NCBI RefSeq assembly: GCF_000143415.4
Contig: NW_003314504.1
Span: forward strand, 1 to 21,604
Reading direction: 5' to 3'
DNA: 21,604 nucleotides
Origin: Selaginella moellendorffii
Lineage: Eukaryota; Plantae; Lycopodiophyta
In this document: positions 1 through 10,124 of the stretch, in pieces
How positions within the stretch are numbered: the first letter of the stretch is position 1
Layout of the letters: every line of letters begins with the position of its first letter
The notes under the pieces: generated by a model
The model's input: only the letters and a program-made list of their open reading frames with translations
Databases searched by the model: none
What the model was told of the DNA's origin: nothing
Program-made: the position numbers and the translations under genes

Positions 1-125
1 CAGCTCCCAACACCTGTGAGCTGCTCTATCCTGTTGCTAGTACCTTTGACGACTCTGATACACTCCTCGTCGTCGTAGAGCACGGGCTTCATGCTGCTCC
101 GGTGCTTCTTCTTGGAGAAGAACAT
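1..125 (-). CDS. 5' coding end of an unidentified gene running off the left edge (MFFSKKKHRSSMKPVLYDDEECIRVVKG...)
   Basis: ATG at 125, frame open to the window edge (possible donor GTACT at 43). Upstream on the same strand: candidate 5'UTR introns 143-215 (GTAAG...CAG) and 323-416 (GTGTG...CAG) and a CT-rich leader near 560-600. Product not recognised. Confidence 0.45.
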   Translation of the reverse strand, partial: MFFSKKKHRSSMKPVLYDDEECIRVVKGTSNRIEQLTGVGS

Positions 126-907
126 CCTTCTTCCTTGAGACCCTGGAGGAATTCCCCAAAGACTGAGTATCATTTTTGCTGCTGCTAGGCCTCCTCTGAG
201 AAAGAAAAAGCTTACCTCACAGAGCCGAGAGATCTCGCGACGCCCAGTCGCGCTCCTGGGTCAAATTTGACGATGGCCGGCTCTCACAAGTTCCAAAGCC
301 GTGTCTTTGACGTTTTCTCCCGCTGACAAAGCAATCCGAGAGAGCCGCGCAAAACGACGATCATCGCTCTCCCTGATCCACCCTTAGCTCCCAATTTTTA
401 GCCCCTCTCTCCACACCTGGAATCTGGATCGAAAGAAAGGGAAGAAAGGGAGGAGCACTCGCGCGAAAGTGAAAGGCCGCGGGAATATCAGCGTCCCAGC
501 GGCAATGAGCGCACGAATCTAGATCTGACCCTCTTGCGTCGTGCAAGCAGGCGACCAAAAAAAGAGAGAGAGTGAGAGAGAGAGAAGAAAAAGAAATCGT
601 CCCTAGCACTGGAGCACGCCTCTTGCATCCGGCGATGGAATCTCCCTAGAATTGAGGATCTCTAGCGCTGCTACAGTGCCGCGGTCTTAACCTAAGCTCG
701 CTCGAAAGATGCTTAATGGAATTTCCGTGAAAGCGATGGCCGCGCTTCCGGCGAGCAATGCAGGAGGTCGCGATGGCTTTCCCGAGGATCGCCAATGCCT
801 CCTTAACGCAGCCAACGCGCTTGGACAAGAATGCCGCCATAGACCACGAAGAACACAGCGTAACGGGAAAAACGAAGGAAAAAAAAATTGTATTTCTTTT
901 TTCCTGC

Positions 908-973
908 TGGGCCTTGGAATCGAACACAGGACCGCTCGAAGGAATTTTAGGGTTCTTGGGTTTTGTAGGGTTT
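908..973 (+). promoter_or_regulatory. Site II (TGGGCC 908-913) plus telo-box-like elements (TTAGGGTT 947-954, TAGGGTTT 966-973) upstream of RPS5
   Basis: Motifs read directly. The site II + telo-box pairing is the established signature of plant ribosomal-protein promoters. Confidence 0.7.
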
Positions 974-984
974 AGCGGGACAAC

Positions 985-1860
<876 letters not shown>

Positions 1861-1920
1861 AGAGAATTTTTTCCACCACAGGTTTATTGTTTTGACTTCG
1901 CTTGAGATTGAATCAATAGT

Positions 1921-3565
1921 TTAAGCGATGGTTGCACTGTACAGCTTTTTTATCTCCTCTACGTCGTCGTAGCTCCCCAAGAAAATTGGAGACCTCTCGT
2001 GGAGGTGTTTGGGGACTAGATCGAGTGCCTAGGAACATAGATTTTAGAACAAACGGGAGTTAAAAAGCTAAATTTTACCCGCTCTTTCCCTGTGAAAGCC
2101 TGACCCCCGGCTTGCTCAACGAGATAGGACATTGGAAACACCTCATAGAGAACTCTGGTAAAAAAAGAGTGAGTTAAAAAAAAAATTCCGGGGAAGCGTT
2201 CTTTCTCACCGTAATTTTCCAAAGGGGCTCTTTTTGTCAGCTGGGTACATGAAAATTCCACCGTACAAAAGTGTGCGATGGACATCAGCTACCATACTAA
2301 AGATCAAATATTCTTAAAAACTGAGAATTCGATATAAAATTTAGAGTAATCTTGCCTGCCAATGTATCTGAGCGACTTTGGTGACGAGTCATCTTTGGGG
2401 AACTTTGCATTCTCCACATATCTGTCATAAATCAAAATCTTACTTTTTAAAAAGAAAACACTAAACTTACAATCTAGTGGGCTCGTCCCAGTTCTTTGCA
2501 TTGCCCTCATTCACGGAATAAATTTTTCCCTTCTTTGGTATCTGCAAAGAAAAAATCATCAATCTTGGGCATCTCACAATCATCCATTGTAATAATGAAA
2601 GGAATCATCTTTTACGAACTTACCTTAATGTCAGGATGTGTCAATATAAATTCTCCCAGGGATGGATCGAGAGTAAACCCATTCACGCCCGATCCAGTAG
2701 AAAACACGAGCTAAGAGAAGAACAAAGCATTAAACTTTATAAGTTTGTGAAGTTCTTACCGTGCATGAGCTACCGTACATGCAATACCCAGCCGCGACCA
2801 TTTCACTCCCAGGCTTGAGAACATCATCGTTGCTGCCTGCGTTGTCATGATCCAGTAGAAAAATCCCGAAAATCTGCAGCAAAACCTGGTTTTGACGATC
2901 AATCTAGTGGAAAGGGCTTACAGTTCCAATCGAGACACCACAGTCGATGTTAGACGAGCCATCCAGAGGATCAAAAACCACACAGTATCTAAGATCAGTC
3001 GAGAAAAGAATTAGCGACGTTTGAGTTATAGTTTACTTACTTGCCACGGTGAGATGCCTCCACAAAGATCGCCTCCTCCAGCTCCTCGGACACAAGAACA
3101 TTCTAAGCAAAACAAAGAGCAAATCCTTAGAAAGTAGGCAAGCATGGATTTTTACTCACAGTTCTTCCACTGCTGCTAAGCGCCTTGACGAAAACATCGT
3201 TTGACAACACATCCAGCTTCTTCTGTTCTTCACCCTGTACAGGAAAATGTACGGAAAACCTTGCAATCGAATCGAAGTTTCCAATTCCAACTCACCTGGA
3301 CATTGGTTTCTCCTGCAAGGCCAATCAACTTGGCCAATCCAGCCTGAAACAAAAAAGGAAAAAGATTCCCAGATTGCAATCGCTAGGAAGAAATCTGTTC
3401 GCCCACCTTGTTCACTGCCGAGCACACGAACTTACATCCGAGAACAATGTGACTGAGCAAAATGGTGAGATCGCCGCGAGCCTCGGGATGCTTGCTCTGC
3501 TCGTTGAGCACGAACCGAGTGATTGTCATGAGATCGGTGCGCTGGGCATCAGCTTGATGATCCAT
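1921..3565 (-). CDS. cFBP: Cytosolic fructose-1,6-bisphosphatase; 12 exons (3565-3407, 3343-3296, 3234-3160, 3102-3041, 2988-2922, 2873-2760, 2710-2624, 2541-2471, 2421-2356, 2296-2210, 2154-2079, 2028-1921); 339 aa
   Basis: Splices to 1020 nt: [32 protein letters not shown] (no transit peptide), [67 protein letters not shown]. Confidence 0.97.
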
Positions 3566-3703
3566 GCCTCCAAGCTCCAATCCAGAAAAACCCAAAAATT
3601 TCCAATCCCAAAACCAAGAGAGGAAAAAAAAGAAAAACTACACGAACCTCACGAGTTCGTCAAACAAGCATCACACACCTATTTTGCCGCCCGGATATAC
3701 CAT

Positions 3704-3749
3704 CCACGTGGCGTCTCGTGGTTGCCAAGTGTGAAACAAAGCTCTTATC
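3704..3749 (-). promoter_or_regulatory. G-box (GCCACGTGG, 3704-3712) and I-box (GATAAG, 3744-3749) in the FBPase promoter
   Basis: Exact motifs ~140-185 nt upstream of the FBPase ATG. G-box + I-box is the classic light-responsive module; function is inferred. Confidence 0.55.
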
Positions 3750-3954
3750 TGCGTTTTCTCTCCAGAAATATTGGAGCGAAACAAAAGCTTGGTCACAAGG
3801 CCATCATGATTCCACCATAGCTTTGATCTTCCACTTATTTTAAAAACCATACAAATCGCTAACTATATAGTGATCTTTGATCTTTATCATCGTTCTTTCC
3901 ACAAAGTGGTGGTGATTCTGGAAAGCAAAAGAGCCACTTTCGGTGCTTGATCTC

Positions 3955-4828
3955 TTAATTAAAAAAGTGGTGCCTCTTCTTCTTGTCTCCTTGTTCTTGA
4001 TCCTCCAGTTCTCCGTCCTTGCTTTCCTCCTTCTCGCGGTCCTCGTAAATCGCATACCCGCCAGATCCAGCCTCGGTTTTGTTCCTTGCTCCGGCTTCAT
4101 ACTGAAAGAACAAACATTGATCCAGAAAAAGAAGAAAAAATTCAATTTTTTTTTGTTCTTACCATGCCTCCCGCACTGCCAAGGCTCGCCTTGGCATCGT
4201 CCAGTCTCCCCTTCACGTCTTCCTGCATTTTCGAGCTTGTGTAGTCACTGTCATCCATCGACTCGTTGTCCTTTCGGACACCATATCCGGAGCTTCGATC
4301 GTAATCGCCATCCTCTTGTTTCTTACTCCGCCCACCATAGCCATCTCCTTGAGTGTAGTCTTCCTCCTCCGGTTTCTTCGTTCGGTCACCATAGCTGTAG
4401 TCGTCGCTCTTCGTTCCATAACCTCCAACGTCATCGCTCTTCTTTCCATAGCCTCCAAATTCATCGCTCTTTTTTTCCGAATCGGTGCTGAACTCGTCGG
4501 AGGTTTTCCCGTAGCCTCCACCGCTGTAATCGTCGGATTTCTTGCCATATCCACTGGAGTAGTCATCGGATTTTCTCCCGTAGCCTTCACCTTCGTTGTC
4601 GTAGTCGTCAGATTTCTTGCTGTAGCCGTCGGACTTTCTGCCGCCATAACCACCACCTCCACTGCCGTAGTCGTCAGATTTGGCCTTGTATCCATCCTCA
4701 TTGTCGTCGTAGTTGGAAGAATTCTTGCTCCTTCCTCCTCCATAGCCGCCGCTATAGTTGTCCTCCCCTGTGGCTACGCCCTCGGTGTTGGAATCGTCGT
4801 AGTTACTCCTCCTTCCCGTGTAAGACAT
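3955..4828 (-). CDS. ASR-derived Gly/Tyr/Asp/Lys-rich hydrophilin, copy A, with internally deleted ABA/WDS domain; exons 4828-4163, 4101-3955; 270 aa
   Basis: Paralog of 5811-6784 with the same phase-0 GTAAG...CAG intron. Exon 2 reads YEAGARNKTEAGSGGYAIYEDREKEESKDGELEDQEQGDKKKRHHFFN*. Frame intact throughout; TATAAAA at 5009-5003. Confidence 0.8.
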
Positions 4829-5420
4829 TGTCGCGAAACGCTGCGAAATTACCACAAGAATGGATGTAAGTTGAGGACTGTAGATCAGAGAATGCAAGCG
4901 AAAGAAATGCTTCAACTCACCAGAGAAACTTTCGAAACTTTCGAGAGAACTATGCAAGAACTTTTCCTGGCCGATATATCCGTGAGAAGCTCGAGGGCGT
5001 CGTTTTATACTGATAGATTTGCCCGCGGATCGACGAGTAAACTCCTACAGCCGGTTCCCACACACAGAGCAACCGACACCTGCAAGTTCCAGCAAGCATA
5101 TCTCCACGAAATGTATACGCATATACCACCCGCGCGATAAAAGCTTTACGATGTCTCTCTCGTGCTCGTGAAGGCCACCAAACGGAGTAGTGATTTTCTT
5201 AAAGGGGCCCGGCGATGACCAATTCATCCACATTCATGCATGGTAAATCTCCACCGACGCATCCATCTGGGATTATTTTTCGCGTAGAATATAGATCATA
5301 CTCTGCACGAACGATACCAAACTTCCGCAATGGGGTCGAGTTTATCATCCCTGAGCTTTATCGTCCCTGAGTTTACTGTGCTGGACAAAGATTCTTACCC
5401 AAAATCTTGAGTAGAAAGGA

Positions 5421-5684
5421 TTCACCCTCTACACAGGAAACCTTGGCAATCGAATCAATTCCAACAAGATTGCACCCTCTCCTGCGAGGCCAATCCAGCG
5501 TGAAAACAAGGAAAAGATTCGTCGCTAGGAAGAAATTTCTTCACCAGCCTTGTTTACTGCCGCGCACACGACTCCAAATTCCAACCCGAAACACCAAAAG
5601 AAATCCACGTGTTGCCAAGTGAACTCTTATCTGTGTTTTCTCTCCAGAAATATTGGAGCGAACCATCTTGATCTTCCATTTATT
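5421..5684 (-). pseudogene. Heavily deleted remnant of FBPase exons 1-3, their introns and the promoter
   Basis: Ordered fragments match 3228-3840: TTCACCCT, AAACCTTG(G)CAATCGAATC, CTCCTGC.AGGCCAATCCAGC, TCGCTAGGAAGAAAT, CCTTGTT.ACTGCCG.GCACACGA, CCACGTG, CTCTTATCTG. About 610 nt is compressed to ~260 nt and the ATG is lost. Confidence 0.85.
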
Positions 5685-5810
5685 CTCATAGCATATAAAC
5701 CAAAACCATAGTCCTTTTTCTTTGACCTTTATCGCCTTCTTTCTACAAAGTGGTGTGATAGCTCCCTGGAAAGCGAAATATGTCCCAGAGCTTGAAATCG
5801 TGGAGATCTC

Positions 5811-6784
5811 TTAGCTAAACCAGTGCTTCTTCTTTGTGACTCCTTCTTCTTGATCCTCCAGTTCTTCCACGCCGTCCTTGCGTTCCTCCTTCTCGTGGTG
5901 CTCGTAAATCGCGTACCCGCCAGATCCAGTCGCCACAGCAGCAGCAATGCCGGCCTCGGTTTTGTGCCTTATTCCATGCTCGGGATCCACTTTGGCCTCG
6001 TGAGCTTCATACTGAAAGAACAAACCATTGACCATCTTCAAGAACAAGAAGAAGAAAAGCGTTTTCCTCTTACCGCGGCATAAGCTCCAGCAACCACTCC
6101 TCCAACAATGCCAATTCTCTCGTGCCTCCTGTGCTCCTTGACGTCGTCCTCGGCATCGTCCAGTTTCTCCTTCACCGAGAACTCTTCTTCTTCCTGGTTT
6201 TTCCTTGTATAGTCACTCTCATCGTCCTTTCGGACACCATATCCGGAACCTTGATCGTAATTGCCATCCTCTTGTTTCTTACTCCGCCCACCATAGCCAT
6301 CTCCTTGAGTGTAGTCTTCCTCCTCCGGTTTCTTCGTTCGGTCACCATAGCTGCTCTTCTTTCCATAGCCTCCAAATTCATCGTTCTTCTCTCCGTAGCC
6401 TCCAAATTCATTGCTCTTCTTTTCCGAATCATAGTTCTCGGTGCTGAACTCGTCGGAGGTTTTCCCGTAGCCTCCACCGCTGTAATCGTCGGATTTCTTG
6501 CCATATCCACTGGAGTAGTCATCGGATTTTCTCCCGTAGCCTTCACCTTCGTTGTCGTAGTCGCCAGATTTCTTGCTGTAGCCGTCGGACTTTCTCCCGC
6601 CATAGCCACCACCTCCACTGCCGTAGTCGTCGGATTTGGCCTTGTATCCACCCTCATTGTCGTCGTAGCCGGAAGAATTCCTGCTCCTTCCTCCTCCATA
6701 GCCGCCGCTGTAGTTGTCCTCCCCGGTGGCTACGCCCTCGGTGTTGGAATCCTCGTAGTTTCTCCTCCTTCCCTCGTAAGACAT
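5811..6784 (-). CDS. ASR: ASR (abscisic acid/stress/ripening; ABA/WDS domain) protein with long Gly/Tyr/Asp-rich repetitive N-terminus, copy B; exons 6784-6074, 6011-5811; 303 aa
   Basis: C-terminus EHRRHERIGIVGGVVAGAYAA|YEAHEAKVDPEHGIRHKTEAGIAAAVATGSGGYAIYEHHEK...KKKHWFS* matches the ABA/WDS consensus, with the single intron at the usual ASR position. N-terminal GGYGxKSDD(Y) repeats. Confidence 0.9.
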
Positions 6785-7455
6785 TGTCGCGAAACGCTGA
6801 GCAAATCCCACAAGAATGTATGTAAGTTGACGACTGTAGATCAGAGAAATCAAGCAAAAGAAATGCTTCAACTCACCAGAGAAACTTTCGAGAGAGCTTT
6901 AGAAGAACACTGGAAGAACTTTACGAAGGAACAGATAAGTTATCCGTGAGAAGCTCGAGAGCGTCGCTTTATTCTGATGGATTTGCCCGCGGATCGACGA
7001 GTAAACTCCCTATAGCCGGTTCCCAGAGCGTCGGCGGCCCACAGAGCAACCGACACCTGCCAGTTCCCAGCAAGCATATCTCCACGAGATGTATGCGCAT
7101 ATACCACCATCTCTGTTGCACGACTTCGCCGATAAAAGCTTTGCAATGTCTCTCTCGAGCTCGTGAAGGCCACCAAACGGAGTGGTGACTTTTTTAAAGG
7201 GGCCCGGCGATGACCACATTCGTGCATGGTAAATCTCCACCGACGCATCCATCTCGGGATTTTTTTCGCGTAGAATATACTTAGAATGATCATGACTGCA
7301 CGAACGATACCAGGGAATTAAACTTTCGCAATGAGTTATATTGTCACTTTACTTGATCACTGGACAAAGATTCTCCCGCTCGCTAGTAACACCTTGGCTA
7401 GAAAGAATGCTCGATCACTTTATATCCGATCCTGTAGAGCAGACCTTTAAGAGCT

Positions 7456-8718
7456 TCAAGTTGAGGACTCGCACACTGCTCGGAAGAGCGACGAGTCGAG
7501 CTGATCGTAGGACCACTCGCCGTTGCACACCAGCGAGCTCGCCATCTTTCCAATCTCGTCAGAGGACTTTGCCGAGGCTCCACAGCCGAAAGCCGCGAGG
7601 AACACCTCGTCCGAGAGCTTGTCCATGTAAGGATAGTTGCGGGCCGCGTAGGAGACGACGCACGGCTTCGTCTTCACGCTCTTCACTCTCAGCCCCGGAA
7701 CAAGCTCCCGCAGCAGCACCTCGAGCAGAGCATCTGTCTCGACTTTGCAGCCTGCGCCGCGGAACCACTCGAGAAACTCTTCCTCCGTGGAGACGATCTT
7801 GGGCTGCCAAGTAGTGCCTCCAATCTTGACGTATGTTCTCCCGTCTGGATACTGGATCGGAGGACATCCATACACGGAATGAAGCACCGGGTTGGACTTG
7901 AGCCGCCATATGAAGCACGGCATTCCATCCAGCCTCTTCACTTCATCGCCATCGATCTCCGCTAGCACCACTGACACGGCTCTGATCTTCACCGCGAGCT
8001 GCAAGCTTTTCGGCAGAAGAAAGTTTGTGTAGGCTCCAGTGCAAATCAAGACTCTGGCAGCTAGAAAACTCGTCCCTCGTCTGGTTGAGATCTTCACACC
8101 ACCACCCTCTCCAAGTCGCTCGATGCTCGTCACGGTTTCCTGGACGAGCCGGATCCCATTTTCTCTGGCGATGGCGAGCTGAGCTCTCACCATCTCTCTC
8201 GGGTTCACGTAGCCAGCACCACCGTTCTCGACCACCGCAACATCCTCGTCTCCAAATCCAAAGTAAGGAAACCGAGAGCGTGCATCGTCCGCCACCTCCG
8301 CCTCGGCACCATTTTGGAGGCCAACCTCAAGTGATCTTGCCAGGCTATCCCCAGCACCACCGAAAAATGGAGAGACTCTGAGAAACCCGACGCGTCCGTG
8401 AAAAGAAATGCCGCTCTTGGCCTCTACTTCTGGATAGTTGGAAATGGATTTGGCCGCGAGGTGAGACCAGACGGCATCAGGATCCACAACTCGAGTGATG
8501 CGTCCCTGGTCGTAGTGAGACGAGAAAACCGTGGGAAAACTACAATTGGAGCCAGTACCTGGAGTGCTCTCGGCCTCGCCAATACCGATTATGGTGCTCG
8601 GATCCGGCGAAGAGATGGAGAGATGACGACACGCTGCCGATCCGATACAGCCCAAGCCCACAACTGCGATAGAGTAGTGCTTGGCCGCCATATCCAGCAT
8701 TATTAGATTAGGGCACAT
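7456..8718 (-). CDS. Intronless FAD-dependent oxidoreductase, monomeric sarcosine oxidase/DAO superfamily (420 aa; could start at MAAKHY, 8691)
   Basis: Rossmann motif IAVVGLGCIGSAA, SSHYDQGRITR, GAGYVNP, VLICTGAYT, YGCPPIQYPDGRTYVKIG, KPCVVSY (candidate covalent-FAD Cys), GCGASAKSSDEIG. Confidence 0.88.
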   Translation of the reverse strand: MCPNLIMLDMAAKHYSIAVVGLGCIGSAACRHLSISSPDPSTIIGIGEAESTPGTGSNCSFPTVFSSHYDQGRITRVVDPDAVWSHLAAKSISNYPEVEAKSGISFHGRVGFLRVSPFFGGAGDSLARSLEVGLQNGAEAEVADDARSRFPYFGFGDEDVAVVENGGAGYVNPREMVRAQLAIARENGIRLVQETVTSIERLGEGGGVKISTRRGTSFLAARVLICTGAYTNFLLPKSLQLAVKIRAVSVVLAEIDGDEVKRLDGMPCFIWRLKSNPVLHSVYGCPPIQYPDGRTYVKIGGTTWQPKIVSTEEEFLEWFRGAGCKVETDALLEVLLRELVPGLRVKSVKTKPCVVSYAARNYPYMDKLSDEVFLAAFGCGASAKSSDEIGKMASSLVCNGEWSYDQLDSSLFRAVCESST

Positions 8719-9172
8719 TTAAAAAATTTCATATTGTTTAGCTGGAGGCATATTCTCTAATGTCGAGAAACTCAAGGAAATAGAAATAGAAAAAAAAAAA
8801 AGAAAAGAAGGAAATTGAAATAGAAGCACTAATTTAGTGGAAAAAAGTTAGCAAAGTTTAACAAGTTAGTATAATAGGTTATGGGTAATTTAAAAGTTTA
8901 AAAAGTTAATTTAATAGTCATTATTTGGAGCAAAAAAAACCCATCAAAATTACCCAACGATACATATAAAAATCGAATGTTGATTTGGAACTTCATTAGA
9001 CTGTAAACGCGGTTGAGATCTTGAATAAAGGATGATCCAATTCAACTTCAAATTTTCTCCAACTTAGTTCAACTCTTGACTTTTTCCACCAAAGACTTTT
9101 GTAGCAAACTAGTGTAATTAACATTGAATTGGACTTCCCAACCCATATTGACCATACAATCCATTGATAATC

Positions 9173-10062
9173 ATGTGGCATTTTAGTTTTATCTTTTTTG
9201 CTATGGCATATGCAAATACTTCAAGAGTGATTCTGCTTCTCTATTAAAGCTCAAGGATTTGGTGGATGATCAATTTGGATCTCTTACAAATTGGAGTTCA
9301 ACTAGAGAAATCTGCCAGTGGGAAGGTGTAATTTGTTCTAGAAATGGTTGCCTTCAGTTTTCAGGCTCAGCTCTCACTTCCATCATACCAAACATGCCTT
9401 CCCTTCGCAAACTTCATGTTTTTGACAGCACTTTTAAAGATCAAAACTTCTCCAGCATAAGTCCATGCTTGCTAGAAGCTATAGATATATCATGAAGTTC
9501 TTAAACAATCAAGTTGGTGGAGAGCTTTTCCATGGATTTTTTCCTGTGATTGGAATTAAGCTGGCGGTTTTGGATCTTTCATCTAACCAACTAACTGGCA
9601 ATTTATCTACTGTGTTCTTTATGAGATGCAAGGGCCTTAAATCTCTATAACTGTCCAATAATTGGCCTATAATGACGATTTAATAGGCCTCAGACTGGAC
9701 CACAACTTGCTATCAGGGAAAATTCCAGCTGAGCTCGGGGAGTTTAGGAGAATGGTGATTTTAGATCTCTCACAGAACAAGTTCCAAAAAGAGAACCACA
9801 AACTTTCTTGCTGCTCTCTTTTCTGAGCACTTTAAACCTTTCATTCAACAACTTATGGGGGCAGATACCACAAGGTGGTCAACTCCAGCCTCTTAGATAA
9901 AAAATTTAGGAGGGAAACATACACTTATGTGGGCTTCCATGCAATCACACAAAAGTTCCCAGTGATTTCCACAGGAATGTAAAAGGTGGCGGAGTTGGGT
10001 TCCCCATGTTCGTATTTGGATTTGGCTTTGTTGTGAGCTGCGCAGTGGCCATATCTGTATGA
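9173..10062 (+). pseudogene. LRR receptor-like protein pseudogene
   Basis: Fragments in shifting frames with stops: signal-like MWHFSFIFFAMAYA, LRRNT LTNWSSTREICQWEGVIC, LAVLDLSSNQLTGNL, LDHNLLSGKIPAELG, LDLSQNKF, LNLSFNNLWGQIPQGGQL, GNIHLCGLP, TM-like FVFGFGFVVSCAVAISV*. No kinase domain. Confidence 0.85.
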
Positions 10063-10124
10063 TCAAGAGAGACAGTTATTACGAGCGAGTCTTTACACTC
10101 TCCGGTTACGCTTGGATCGATCGA

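Larger units (their letters stand above)
3228..7376. repeat. Direct tandem duplication: unit 1 ~3228-5396, unit 2 ~5421-7376 (FBPase 5' end and promoter + ASR gene + ASR upstream region)
   Basis: Collinear shared blocks, e.g. TCTCCAGAAATATTGGAGCGAA (~3760 and ~5641), the ASR CDSs, GCCCGCGGATCGACGAGTAAACTCC (~5021 and ~6984), CTGGACAAAGATTCT (~5382 and ~7360). Ends are approximate. Confidence 0.9.

Noticed and set aside
3185-3820. 211-aa + strand ORF
   Set aside because: Antisense to FBPase exons, introns and promoter; TTG start.
4380-4780. Regularly spaced repeats resembling a CRISPR array or satellite
   Set aside because: Degenerate codon-level repeats encoding GGYGKKSDD; no constant repeat with unique spacers; eukaryotic context.
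4316-6949. Long hydrophobic + strand ORFs (4316-5140, 6122-6949) and alternate-frame - strand ORFs (4213-4743, 6172-6699)
   Set aside because: Antisense or shifted shadows of the repetitive ASR coding sequence; the ABA/WDS frame and splice sites explain the region.
1921-8718. FBPase + ASR + oxidase as a functional drought/sugar gene cluster
   Set aside because: Attractive, but adjacency in so dense a genome is not evidence; it needs co-expression and synteny data I cannot see.
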